Below are positions 1 through 13,003 of a stretch of DNA of 64,000 bases, piece by piece. Each line of letters begins with the position of its first letter. Position 1 is the stretch's first letter. Origin of the DNA: Eledone cirrhosa (taxonomy: Eukaryota). Under the pieces are notes generated by a model that was not told the origin of the DNA, did no database searches, and saw only the letters and a list, made by a program, of their open reading frames with translations. The stretch covers positions 224,440,001 to 224,504,000 of the forward strand of contig OZ024743.1 of the NCBI GenBank assembly GCA_964016885.1, given 5' to 3'. The position numbers and the translations under genes are program-made.

Positions 1-1436
1 GACCCCGGAAGGATGTAAGGTACAGTTGACCTCGACAGGATTTGAACTGAAAACAAAAACAAAAAAGCTGTGTGTGCGTGTTTTATAATATTTGTATACT
101 TATTTCATATTTAATAAAATTATTTTGCCTATTTATTGTATAACGTCCTTGCCCTTATTTTTTTTAATATAAATTTGTCCAATCCCACGCACAAGTTTAG
201 GTTTACTGTATTTGCTGTGAAGGCCCTTGTGGCTAATAAAGAAGACGTTATTGTTAAATTTATGTTGTTCTCTTTGTTGAAAGTAAAAAAAAAAATCATC
301 ATTATTAATAGACTTTGCCTTTCATCCTTCCGGGGTCGATAGAATAAAGTACCAGTAATGCACTGGGTTTTGCTGGCCTTGTGCCAAAAGTAGAAACAAT
401 TATTAATAGGGTGGTCACGCTGAGACAGAAGAATGCTAGACTAACACTGTTTAAATATTGAAGTAAAACAGGGTTTTGTACATACCAGTAATATAATTCT
501 CTCTATTACCTACCCGTGCTAATCCCGAATCTGCACTTCATCCGTCAAAATATTGATTTTAGATGGACATATAGTGAGCTACGCATAACTAGGAGCTCCC
601 GCAGAGACAACGCGATTTCATTCTTGGTTGAAGCCTATCCCAGTTATGCTATTCGTAAGTATGGTTAACTGAATCTGCCTGACCAGCTTAGATACACGGG
701 CTACACACTTTCTTTTCATTTTGGAGTATGGTAATCGATTTAATTCTTCGGTGGGATAAGAACACAGATCATAAAGGAATCTAATTGATTAAATTTCTCA
801 ATACATTTGTCCTCTATTCTATAAATTTCTTTAATAACCCCATAAGAGTGACGGATGAGAGAAAAAACAAGGAAAAGTTGCAAAAACGAGATGTACCAGT
901 AGCGAGGCGGATAAACACCAAAGGCCAGCCAGTCCAACAACCCCCATAGAACAAGGATTGTTCTGGCAGCTTAGGGCAAATGCCCTCTCCCAACTGTTCT
1001 CCAGCTTAAATTCTAACATAGGCACAAAGTCACACATCGGTTGTTTTTTTTTTGGGGGGGGGGGGGGAGGGGGGCGATTATGTCGACTCAGTACTTGACT
1101 AGTATTTATGTTATCAACACACTGAATAGATGGAGAAATTACAAAGTCGATCGCAACGGGATTCAAATGCAATACGTAAAGGGACGTACATACCACAAGG
1201 TATTTAATCCGATGCTTTACCGATACAGTCAATCTACCGATTTATAAATAATAGTGATTTTTCACATAGTTAAGAAATCAAAGATTATCGATTAAATCGA
1301 TCCAGTATTTAATTAGTATTTTATTTTAACAAATACGGACGACTGAAAAATAAAATTGACATCCCCGAGATTTGAACATGGAATGTAGAGATGTAAATAA
1401 TATAATGATGATGATGATAATTTTTTTAAAACTTAC

Positions 1437-1557
1437 CTTTAACACCGTCAGTCCAAAATGCAAAAACTAGTGGTAAAATCAAGAGGCGTGTTGTAAAATG
1501 AAAGATCCTAGTGTGTAATAAATTCCTTGAAGAAGTGTCTCGTTGTAGACGACACAT
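1437..1557 (-). CDS. Putative first coding exon of a divergent gene, signal-peptide-like (MCRLQRDTSSRNLLHTRIFHFTTRLLILPLVFAFWTDGVK-)
   Basis: On the minus strand: caaaATGt start, 121 nt open, ending AAAG|gtaagt (perfect donor, phase 1). A basic N-region is followed by a hydrophobic stretch LLILPLVFAFW. No further exons were identified in the window. Confidence 0.55.
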
Positions 1558-2259
1558 TTTGGCTGACCAACGTCCATATATTAAACAATAAACATCAACT
1601 TTGATCAGTTATTCAATCTGCAAAAAGGTAAACTTAAATTTGTAACCTTTATAAAGATTATTATTATGGTTATTTTTTCCTCCACTTATTTCCTTATTCA
1701 AGTAATATTGGCTGGTAAGGAAATCATGTGAAATATTTCCAGAAAGTAAAGTATTAAAGGGTCACCATCATTTCTCAACCACTTGTTAGTTGCGGGAATG
1801 TCTTATTTTTCTTTTCTGCACTTCAGGAACACACAGGTGGTCGAAAAAAAATTTTTTTTTCATATATATATAAAAGTGTAAATGTTAAAAAATAATATTA
1901 TTATCCAACGACTACATTTTTAGTCCGATTTTCTATCTTTTTTTTTAATGTAAATTTTTACAGGACTAAGAAAAGTTATGTCCAAACTTTTTAACTTTAA
2001 CTGAGAATTGCTTCAAGTAATCACACTCCCTTGAAAATAAAATTGAATTTATATAGTATGTTCTCTGCTAACATAATTCTCAGTTACTTACAACAAATTA
2101 AAAAGAAAGGGAGGTAAAATGTCTTTTGATAAAATATCGTCATTTCTTAAAAATGAAATTCATAGAAAAAAAATAATAATCTGTACACAGGTATGAGAAA
2201 AACGAGCTACTGAAATCTGAAAGTTATTCAAACTCATCACATTTGCCCAATTCATTTAG

Positions 2260-2348
2260 ACTCCGCCTTCATTCCGTCACGTGCTCAACCGGAAGAGGAA
2301 GTGTTGCCATTTCTATAACGTGAATGTGCAGAAAGTTGATTAACGATC
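2260..2348 (+). promoter_or_regulatory. POMP core promoter / 5' UTR with E-box, tandem ETS and YY1-like motifs
   Basis: gtcacgtg (2276-2283), ccggaag (2289-2295), ggaagtg (2297-2303) and gccattt (2306-2312) cluster 40-70 nt upstream of the ATG. This set is typical of TATA-less housekeeping promoters. Confidence 0.6.
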
Positions 2349-2351
2349 ATG
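2349..2351 (+). CDS. POMP: POMP exon 1 (ATG only)
   Basis: gatcATG|gtgagt: ATG directly followed by a consensus donor, inside a CpG-retaining promoter-like region. The phase-0 join to exon 2 gives M-NFASL. As I recall, vertebrate POMP also has only ATG as coding sequence in exon 1. The link across a 21 kb intron is inferred. Confidence 0.75.
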
Positions 2352-3829
2352 GTGAGTGTTTATCTTTCACAAATTAAACCCGCTACACTCCATGCGTGCG
2401 TGTTATGTTAGTTAAGAATTATAACTGTAGTTGCAGTAAATATTAAACTATGTTTGAAATACAACTGTCGCACAGTCTGCATAGCAGCGATTTGTCAGCA
2501 TCACTTTCGCTTGTGTAACATTTCTTCAACTACCACAGCAGTTTTGGGGGTTTTCTTCTAATTATTATTACTTGAATGTTAAATCACAATGTATATCTTA
2601 TAATTATATTATAAACTGCTTTATGGTGTTGTGTAACCGCAGGTCTACTCTGATAGAACAGATATATAATCAAAGTCATTTGATTATAAGCCTTTTATTT
2701 TTCCAGGCAGTGTACTCCGAAATACATTGTTCAACTTGTTCTAGTTTGGTTTTAGGGAGACTTGGCTACTTTTTCCAGCAAGCTTCAGAGTCATGTAGAG
2801 ACTACTGCACTTTCGTTGACTACTAAACTACTGTATCATCTACTATGATGGTAAGGAATCACATGTTAGATTGCAGTAGCTGCTCCATCTCACACGATGT
2901 CATTGTTTTATAGCCTACCCATATTATAAACTGCATTCAATGACTTGCTTTAACGTGATTGACACGAGTTGTAATAATAAACACAGTAGTATGTCTTTAG
3001 TTTCGTTCTTCTCGGGTTCTGTTTTTTTTATATCCCGCTGCGATCGACTTTATCTTCATTCGAAGTAGATAAAATGAATAAACACTAAGCCGACACCATA
3101 AATTAGTGACGAAAGGGTAGTCATATACAATAGCGTCGGCAAAAGAGAAACTATAGCGTTATTGTTAAATGATACTTCATACTGAGTAAAAAGGAAAATT
3201 ACTATTTATTTCTCTTCTTAATATATTTTTATTGGTTCCAGTCAATTGCTAATTATGTTTAAAAGGGTTAAATAAAACCGCAACATGGCTAACTAGATTT
3301 GTTGTATGTCAGTATTTTGGGGGATTGATATTTTTTTATGAAAAAGTACACAGGTTTTTGTTACGAAATCGTGTTGAAACAGATATTGTTATATTGACAA
3401 TATTTGGACAACATGACCCTCCCCAAATATCATTTTAAGATTTACTGTCTTTAGATTCCGAAGAAACACTTTTAATTGTAAAATGATTGTGTGAATATGA
3501 TGTATATGGAAGAGATGAATTCTTTAAACTCGGTTCTACACTTCCAGTGAAAAATGTTGAACAAGGCACGGGCATAGTTATGTGGTTAAGAAGTTTGTTT
3601 CGCAACTATGTTTTCGATGCCACCGTGCAATAACCCTGTGTGTCTTCTACTTGGTTGATCGATTCCTTGTGAGTATCATTTAGTAGATGGAAACTGTGCA
3701 GATACACACACACATAAATTATATTTTGGAATGGTCATGCTACCAATAAAAACACACGCACCTGTTAGTTTTCACTTCAATTTATTATAAACTTCCAGTT
3801 GGTTAGTTTAATAACCGGATGGTTGTCTA

Positions 3830-3876
3830 TCGTCAAAACTCTTTCATCACACATTCTGTGACCTCCTCAGTGACGA
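3830..3876 (-). ncRNA. Degenerate minimal type I hammerhead ribozyme motif in the 5' inverted pseudo-LTR
   Basis: Minus strand reads TCGTCA-CTGAGGA-G-GTCACA gaatg TGTGAT-GAAA-gagt-TT-TGACGA: stem I, CUGANGA core, stem II, GAAA, short stem III region, stem I complement. Confidence 0.65.
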
Positions 3877-5255
3877 ATTCGTTAATTTGTTATAGCAAAA
3901 CGTTGGCGTCAGCATTGCTGGTGACGTAGGTAACCTGTCTATGGTATAACTCTATGTACGGAGATGACACCAACATCGTAGTGAAAACACTCACATGGGA
4001 GAATAGTCAGGAATTAGAGAGGAACACCATGGAAAGCATCCACCAGAGTATTAAAGTTACCATAGACTACTCAGCCAAACACCTTAACCATAGATTACCT
4101 TTACTATACACAGAATTCCAGTTAGAAACCATTGTGCCAAAAGTAGAAACAATTATTAATAAAACACAAATCCTCCATTCACATTATGCCAAACCCTTGG
4201 TATCCAAGTACCTGATCCACCGAAACTCAGCCATTTTGGATAACATACTAGTTGTAAACTTAGTAAGAGTGATGAGGAATGGGTCCCACATGTGCAATCC
4301 TAAAGAATTAGAGAAACACATACAACACTTCATCCACCACATGTAGTACTCTGCCTATAATCAGAGAGACAGGATTAGTGTATATAAAGGAGCTAGGGCC
4401 ATGGACAAAGATTGTAGAAAATTATGTGAATGAGACTTGCCCCATGTATAGGAGGAAATTTTGGAATAAGATAGAAAGAACTAAGAAGACTAATAAGATC
4501 AACTTGTGGTATGACAGCAATAAATACCAGAGTATAATGTTTGTCAGTGCAACCCCTAAAGGCAAACTAGCTTATAGATTTAGAAGGGCAGACAAACTAA
4601 GGTTAAGTATTAAGATAGTTGAAAAACCAGGTATTCCCATAAAACCCCTAATTAGTAGAACATATCCTTTTGAAAAAAGCCCCTGCACCGATAGAAAATG
4701 TATAGTTTGCAAATTAACTGCAACACTAGGAATGTAGTATATAGCATAAGGTGTACTGAGGGACTATAGGAATAGGAACAAACTTACATTGGTGAAACGG
4801 CTCATGACATAGGAGAAAGGATAAATGAACACTGGTGAGAATTCTAAGATGGGAAAAACTCATCAGTATTCCACCAACATGCCTGAATGGAACATGGGGG
4901 CTCAGTAGAGAATATAGAAATAAAAATCATATCCACACATACAACAGACGCAATGCTCTGACAGATTACGGAAGCAACAAACATAAATGAACTCCAACCA
5001 AAACTAAACAGAGAACATGAGTGGAATAGCAACAACATCACAACTTGTAATTAAGGACAGATAAAGACATACAGAGACACAAGAACCAAACTAATAAAAC
5101 AAACTAAACACACACACAGATGAACAAGCATCCAACTAGTGACAAGTAAATAAACGTCTAAATAAATAAATAAAAACACACACAGATATAACACATGCAC
5201 AGCTCACAAAAACAAGATGGTGTAGGATAGAACAAAGGAAACACAAAATAAATTA

Positions 5256-5296
5256 GTCATTGAGGAGGTCACAATGTGTGACGAAAGAACTTTGAC
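5256..5296 (+). ncRNA. Degenerate hammerhead ribozyme motif in the 3' pseudo-LTR
   Basis: GTCA-tTGAGGA-G-GTCACA atg TGTGAC-GAAA-gaac-TT-TGAC. The core C3 is mutated to T. Confidence 0.55.
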
Positions 5297-5559
5297 AATA
5301 AACAACCATCTGTTTATTAAACAAACCAACTGGAAATTTATAAAATATTGAAGTGAAAATTGGCAACTGCATATGTGGTTTTATTGGCAGCATGACCTTC
5401 CCAAAGTATAACAATATCTGTTTCAACATGTTTTCAAATAAGAAATTTTGCAAAACAAATACAAAAACGAAGTATATATATATATATATATACACACAAG
5501 TGTGCACCTTATAGAATTAGCTGCCCACCACTTTTTGACCTAATTAAACAAGGCCATTT

Positions 5560-5773
5560 CCCTGATGGTATCACTCTCCTGTCCTCTTTCCTACTTATTA
5601 ACACTTTCATTTTTGCTAAGATTACCTTTCAACTTTAGGTTCTTCCATGCTTGAAATGTCTCTAATTCTGATCTGGATTTAGGTATGACGATAAGGTCAT
5701 CAGCATATAAGAGCTCCCACAGAGTACCAGTTTTAAACTCCCCAGTGAGAGCCTGAAGGACTATGATAAACAT
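5560..5773 (-). mobile_element. RTE-clade LINE RT fragment
   Basis: FIIVLQALTGEFKTGTLWELLYADDLIVI, the RTE-type WELLYADD motif. Confidence 0.8.
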
Positions 5774-7179
5774 CTTGCTAGAGAAACAAATGAGTGGTAT
5801 TTATCTGTCCACTAGCTTTGTATTTTGACAAATAGAGATAGGATAACATTAAAAAATAAATGGTTATAATCAACTTGATACTTTACTTCTTATGTCGTTA
5901 ACATATTTAATAAATTACTTAACTTATTGTTCAGATGTTTTATTAGTCAGCTACTGATTAACTGTAATATTTTAGTTTTAAAATTATGCAGAAGGTATCT
6001 ACTACCAGTCTTTGATTGAATCTTTAACATTGTTATTTTCAAATAATGTCTTGCACATCCCTGCAAGAAACTGAAAATGTTTAATTAATTCAGAGAATCT
6101 GAAGTTGTTGAGAATGTTTTTAACTGCTTACAGTGCATATACACTAAAACATTTTAAGTGGTTTCTTTCTATGTTCTCTGAGAATTGAAGGTTACAGTAA
6201 TTGAATCAAATGACAATTATAACTGAACATCTTTAGTTCTTGTTAAACTACCAGAGTCAACACAGCACTGCGTATTACAGGCTTTGCTATTTCAAAAATC
6301 TATTAAATATCATTCAGGCATTGTAGTTAGTAACATTTTCACATTGCAAAACACTCATTTTACACTCTACCATAATCATCATCATCATCACCGTTTTACA
6401 ACCATACTGGCATGGGTTAGACGAGTTGTCATGTTGCGGGCAATGCTAGGTCAGGTGAGCAGGTTTTGCTCATACAGAACTGATTTTAGCTTGGTGTCTA
6501 CTAGATGCCCTTCCTAACGTCAACCTCATTTACAGTGAGCACTAGGTGCTTTTTGTTGTGATACCTACACGACCACTTTACAGTGTGGGCTGGGTGCTTT
6601 TTGTAGTGACACCTACACAACTACTTTACAGTGGGAGGGTGGAGTGGGGGCATACTGTATATATGCTTCAGCTTCGGCCTGTATCCATTGGAAGTCGGGT
6701 CTTCAGTATTACTGCGTAACCGTAACATGAAATTTAAAACTGATAGGTTGTCTCTACTAGAAAATCTGATAAAGCCTTTAACTAGTTACAGGCTGTTTAA
6801 AACATAAGAAGATGAAAGCGATTGACAGGGAGGATAAACACATGATTAGAAGTTTCTGGTAAAAAATTCAACATTATGGATGAGTTGGATAACTGTCATG
6901 AGATGAAGTGTGACTTTTAACTATAAATGGTGCTTAGGAAAATATAGTGTGGTGTGTAATTCCAGAAGTGCACACAAGCTTCACTACCCCAAATGATTAG
7001 AGCACAGACAGTGGTGATGGGATCTTTGGTGTGCAGAACCCTAGGCACTGGCCATCTTATGGACCCAGTAATAGAATGGAGAAAACTTTGTCCCAGAGGA
7101 TGGCATGGGAGGTGTTTTGAAATAGCCATTCTAACTCAGGGATCTCACTCTTTCGGATGACCATTTCCAACCTAATAAT

Positions 7180-7365
7180 TGTTTCTACTTTTGGCACAAG
7201 GCCAGCAAATACCCAGTGCATTACTGGTACTTTATTTTATCGACCCCGCAAGGATGAAAGGCAAAGTTAACCTTGACAGGATTTGAACTCAGACTGTAAA
7301 GGGACGTAACTATGCTAGAAAGCATGGCGTCCGACTGTCTACCGATACTGCCAATTCACCGACCT
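7180..7365 (-). mobile_element. SINE family A copy (tRNA-like head, Meta-like core, AT-rich tail)
   Basis: Reverse complement of the 23527-23712 copy; flanked by the direct repeat aacctaataat. Confidence 0.85.
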
Positions 7366-7619
7366 TAACCTAATAATGAGTAAATAGGTAGTCTAGTAAC
7401 CAAGAATGTCAAAAGATTTCTTTACTACAAGTTTGACAACAAATATATCAGTAAAGAAGTGATACTTCAACAGCTTGCAGTCTTTGACTTGTCAGGCAAC
7501 AAAGTCTGGGTTCGCTACTGAATGCACAAGGTTGCCACTGAAGAAGGTATCACTGCAAGGCCAGATTATATCTGTGACTTTACAAGTTTTCTACAAGCAG
7601 AAAATCTACATCATATTTG

Positions 7620-7930
7620 GAAAGATATTATGGTGCTGGCAAATGATTGAAGAACTCGTAGAGGATGATGTGATTGAGTTGCTAGAGTCCCATAAAGAAA
7701 ATTTATTGAATGAGGAGCTGATGGTAGAACAAGAGCTTGACAAGAAGAGAAGAATACAGAAATTCTATCAACTTTTCTTATTGACTCTAAAGAGTTGGTA
7801 CTCTAAAGGAAGGTCTCCAAGTTTTTGCTGATAACAAGCCTAATTGAGAATGTAACATAAAAAATTAATAGAGGGGTTTATAATGATCTCAGTTATTACA
7901 TTGAGCTCTACAGAGTGATGACGCACCATA
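7620..7930 (+). mobile_element. pogo/Tigger transposase C-terminal remnant
   Basis: EELVEDDVIELLESHKENLLNEELM..ELD resembles the acidic C-terminal segment of Tigger-type transposases; disrupted. Confidence 0.5.
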
Positions 7931-10900
7931 AACACTAAATAACCTTGTGAAAAGGTGTGACCTCTTTACACAAAATTTATTTCTTCTATTTTATAATTTT
8001 AGTTCAAGCTTAAAAAATATAAAAAGTAACTTTATCTATAAAACACTTTTTTACCTGAAAATTTGATGTTAAAATCTACCTGCACTCTACACCGAATGTA
8101 TGAATGAATACAATGATAATATTTACACAGAAACTAAGTAGAGCTTAATATTAATTCATTTTCCTAAACATTTTGCATCTTATATTCGAAAAACTAATGT
8201 ATTTATTTACAATGGGAAAACTAGAACTTTTTAATTATTTCTTCCTATAAAGTTATTTTGGAAAAATTTAGAGACTTTGGGACAAAAGTGTTAAATAACA
8301 TATTCTCTTTCACACTTTGTGGAGAGAGTGGCCATGCTGGAGTACTACCATAAGTTTAAAATGTTAAAAATTTAATGGAAATATACTGAATTAGTGTTAA
8401 TTTTATCAACCTCCAGCTGAAAGAAAAATAAAATAATTAATTTTTAATACACTAAGTTCTATTAGTAAGAATATCTTTTATCTACAGTGGAAAGGAACTC
8501 AGCAATTTTATAACTTGCTTCTATCTAGTATTTCTTCCTCTGATATCCCCTACTGTGCTATTTTCTGTCAGCACATCTTCTTGTCATCCAGATAAGACTT
8601 GGCATCTTGTCACTGCTTTGTTTTCTATTGGGAATAATCTCCAGCTTGCCATTTGATAAACATTGGTATCTATCTATACATGCCTTACTGGTGAGTTGAG
8701 AGGTCAGGAATTCTCATAAACCTCTCTTTCCCTCCTCCTTACATTTTGATAATGTTTTGGGTTTCTGAATTTTGGGTGCTATAGTCTCTCTCCTCAGCTT
8801 ATTTTTTCAATCTTGGGACTGCTGATTTTCCCATTCATTTCATGCTTTATTGGTTTAGTTGCTTTCTGGAAAATATGTGGAGAAATATTATATTTTAATA
8901 CTTCCTTATTTATAACACATAAAAAGTATTTTGTTTCAACTATATCTGAGATAATGTTGCTTTAAGCAGCTGTATGTCACATGGGCCAGATATTATCATT
9001 TGAGACCTATTAACATTTCAAATAGAATTACTTTATCTAGAAAGGGGTAGGATTTGTTTGTTTTTGAGGATATATAAAAAATTGTTTTTATTATTTTTTT
9101 AAAATTCATTTTAACAATTTAAACAGCAATAATATTCTGGAATGAGTTAAAAGCATACTATTATCCAGCTAGAAATACGATAACTAAACTCTTTTTATAT
9201 AGATATAGGAATGGCTCTGTTGTTAATGAGTGCTCTTCACAACCACATAGTCCCACTGTGTGACACCTTAGCCAAGTGTCTGCTACAATAGTCTTGGGTT
9301 GACCAATGTTTTGTGGGTGGAATTTGCTAGATAGAAATTGCAAAGCCCTGTCGTATATATGTGTGTGTCTGTCTATCTCTGTATATATGTTTGTACTTGT
9401 GTAACTTGATGGTTCAACATAAACATTGATAAAATAAGTACTGAGGTCAATATGATTCACTAAATCAAGGTAGTGCCCCAACATGGCCGTAGTCTAATGA
9501 CTGAAACCAATAAAAGACTAAAAGAATGTCTCCCTTTCTCTGCTTTTTTTTAACATGTTTAGCCTGGGTCAGTCTAATTGAGCAGATCTATGATCAAAGG
9601 TATTCCAGCCATGGCTATCCTGTCTTTTTTTTTAAACAAGACAATGTATCTCAGTATTACATTTATCAAATGCATTTGCTTTCTTTTTTTTTTTCCTTTT
9701 TAAAAGACAAGGTGTAATTTGAAGATTTGGCTGCTGTTTCTAGCAGGTTGAGTAACCTCTTAACTGGAGAGGGGGCAGGGCAATTGGGGGTTTCTAGTAA
9801 GGCTAGATGCTAAAGTGTAAATGACCAAGTAGACTACACTAAAGTGGCACTGATGTGACTGCTATTTCTAGTTGGTCAAACAACCATGTAGAAGCTTCCT
9901 TTTTTGTCAGATATGTATGAACATAATTGGAATATCATAAACATTTTAGAAAAAATATAATTTTCTCAGACTAAATAAAACATCAGTTTAACAATTTAAT
10001 CATACTTTGTTAAACTTTGTTGATGGCTCTTTAAGAATGGGGTGGAACAGCTCTTGAACTTTGTGGGTCATCAGTTCTGCACCATTTCCTAAGTTCTACA
10101 AAAAAAGAGAAAACTCTAGTGCTAAAACTGCTGTTGGTATATTTATTTAGTGATTTAGTAACATTTTATTTTGTACATTACACTGTTAAGACAGCTTGTG
10201 AAACACTGATATAAAACATCAATTTCCACTCTGCCCTTGGTTTATATAGTCACACATCTGTTGGAAGTCTGTCAGTGAGGTGTGGCTCTTGTAAAAACAA
10301 TCTCATTAAGTGAAGGATTTTGAATATGAAGGAATTAATTCTAACCTAAATCTGCTAACTACCACTGAGCCCTTTTTTTTTCTTCTCAAATCTCAGTCAT
10401 GAACTCTCTAAGTCCCACTTCAGTTTTAAGGTCTATGCTTTCTGTGTCAACATCACCTCCCATATTTTTTAAAAATTTCTATCTACTTCTGTGGATAATT
10501 GTAATAACTCAAACATTTATATTGTAGTTACAGCAGTTTTTGTAGTGAAGGCATGTGGCTTAGTGGTTAGGGTTTGGGGATCATTATCATAAGGTCATGG
10601 GCTCCAATCCTGAACCAGGCAGTGTGTCTTGAGCAAGACTTTTCACATTTTTCAGGATAGGACTGGGGCTACTCATATCATAAAAAAAACACCTTTAGAA
10701 GCCTTCTATATGAAGCAACCCCATAGGAGATGTAAGTTGAGCAGATTTGTAACAGCAATAAGGCTTGGTCACTAGATGTATCATGTTGCAATGACTTGCC
10801 TACATGTTGAAGTAATTAAAGTGGAATGAGTGGTACAGTGACTGGGAGTTCTCTAAATATGCACTTTGAAAAAACTGAAACATTGGCTTCAACAAAAAGA

Positions 10901-11859
10901 ACAGAAAAAGTTGATGCCTACATTTATCTTTGTATAATTGGTGACAGATGACCACTTCCCTGGGCTAGGGATGTGATACAGAATCAGCCTTGGGCTGTGT
11001 TGTTTGGCAAGCTAGGTTTTATTATGAGAAATAGAAGCTGAAAAGGAAAGCACCTAATCAATGCATTCTTCTAGTCCTCTGTTAAGGCTGTGAAATTAAA
11101 TATTAAGTGACATACATTTAGAAAGATTAGTCACCACCCAACACAAGCTGATCATGATGAAACTGATTTGCTCAATAAAAAGGGAGTCAGTTGACTCTGA
11201 GAGAAAACAGGCGTCTTTATTATAATCCATCATATCAAGTAGTAGGGACATAAATAGATGGGACACAGCTGTAAGATGCAAGACAACAGGTGACAGAGAT
11301 TTGACCAAGAGATTGTCCAAAATGAAGATGATGGGACAAATATGACAAAAGCTATATGTCCAAACTGGATAGGCAGAGAGTGCTGGACACGTGAGCAAGG
11401 AGTTCCTTCAGTTGGAATGACATGTTTCCTAATGATAATAACATACATGTCAAATATATAGCACTATGAAGCTAGGTGTGTACTACATATGAACTTCATT
11501 AGCAAAGTTACACCCAACATTAAAAAGTAATACCTGCTGTGGTATGGTAATCTGGCACCTTAACTGAAGATTAAAAAATGTGTATCCATCCATAGATAAT
11601 CTATACATTAAAAAACAACAAAAACAGAATGATGATCATAAGGGCTGACTTTGTATTTAGCAGCTGTATCATATAGTTTTGTATCATTACCATTGGTTAG
11701 ATAAATTCCTGCTTACCTAGCCTTAAATAATGGAAAAGTGTTCCCAATGTAATAAATTTATAAGATTAACATAGGTGGTCCCCAGTACCACCAATAAGTT
11801 TGCTATAAAACTGGCTTTGCACCAACAAGCATTTAAACTGTTCAACCCTGTTTATTATT

Positions 11860-11926
<67 letters not shown>

Positions 11927-12361
11927 TTATCAATCATCACTATTTCTCTCTGTGACATCTATCTTCTGTTGAAATGAAGAAAGATTAAATTTACAGCCCC
12001 TGGCTAACTGGCCTCTTATTGTATCTAATAGATTTCTCATGTGTTTTAATGATGTGGGCCCCTAGTTCTATCATGAAAAGCAACATGGAACAAAATATTT
12101 TACTCCCAGTCTAGGAATACATACCCTTATGATTGTGAGTCAAACACCCTAACTAACCACTATGCCACACACCTGTTGTCTCTCTCTGACATCTATCTTT
12201 CTGTCACCTCTCTATTGTTACTAATGCTCTCTCTCTCTCTCTCTCTTTTATTTTTTGTTACTGTTCCTTATGTAGAATGATGCTTTGATTAGTGGTAAAA
12301 ACTCTGATAATGTTTAATTCAGGGAAAATACTCAGGTATTTACAATATGCTTGTTGTAGCA

Positions 12362-12542
12362 TGGCAGTATCGGTAGAGGGTCGGTCACCATGCTTTGCAG
12401 CATAGAATTATGGCCCTTGCCATTCTGAGTTCAAATCCCGCCGAGGTTAACTTTGCCTTTCATCCTTACGGGGTCGATAAAATAAAGTACCAGTAATGCA
12501 CTGGGTAATTGCTGGCCTTGTGCCAAAAGTAGAAACAATTAT
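12362..12542 (+). mobile_element. SINE family A copy
   Basis: ggcagtatcggtagag..gttcaaatcccgccgaggttaactttgcctttcatccttacggggtcgataaaataaagtaccag..gtgccaaaagtagaaacaattatt. Other copies or fragments at about 1-49(-), 311-405, 17387-17536, 31165-31290(-), 43150-43545, 48540-48740 and 57070-57165. Confidence 0.88.
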
Positions 12543-13003
12543 TTGAGACAGCACATTATTGTATGTTTGCTATGTAATTCCAGTATGCCTTGCTTATCCT
12601 AATTACTTCAGTATACCTCCCTGAGCAAACAACTCTCCTTATTTAAAATGTTTTATCTTCTTACTGATTAAATAGAGTTGATTATTCATTATCCTGTTGT
12701 TTCCATTCTCAACTGTGAATGTAGCATCACTATCATCAGCTTCTCTTTCTTTCTCTGACTTCCTTATAAAATTATAGAATCAATTCTAGAAAAGCATGCC
12801 AATGTTAAACCAGTTGATTAGTTTTATAAACTGGATAAGAATTCAATGGCTCAAGAAATATTAATACTTCACAATTTTGGCAGAGATGTGAATCTAAATT
12901 AGAGCAGTTGTTTTGGATATGATTTTGATTGGGATTTTATCTGCTTGAAACTGCCCCCTGGTTTTAAGAGATTAAGTTATTTATTTTTAAATGTTTATAT
13001 TTA

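Larger units (their letters stand above)
3716..5411 (+). mobile_element. Penelope-like retroelement (RT C-terminal half + GIY-YIG endonuclease), decayed, with inverted pseudo-LTRs
   Basis: Fragments: YGDD (RT motif C, 3954 ORF), HSHYAKP..SKYLIHRNSA thumb, CTDRKCIVC linker, then YSIRC..TYIGETAH.IGERINEH..HQH..EH..MLxQITEA..I...P.LN (GIY-YIG). 3716-3880 is a reverse-complement copy of 5251-5411. Multiple stops and frameshifts. Confidence 0.88.

Noticed and set aside
831-1247. Overlapping ORFs with poly-Pro / poly-Gly
   Set aside because: They arise from a T-run plus G-run low-complexity tract, with no recognisable domain or splice structure.
4830-4965. In-frame TGA codons in the Penelope endonuclease as selenocysteine (as reported for some Naiad elements)
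   Set aside because: The TGAs fall at positions best explained as CGA (Arg) or TGG (Trp) decay rather than conserved Cys, and TAA/TAG stops and frameshifts are also present.
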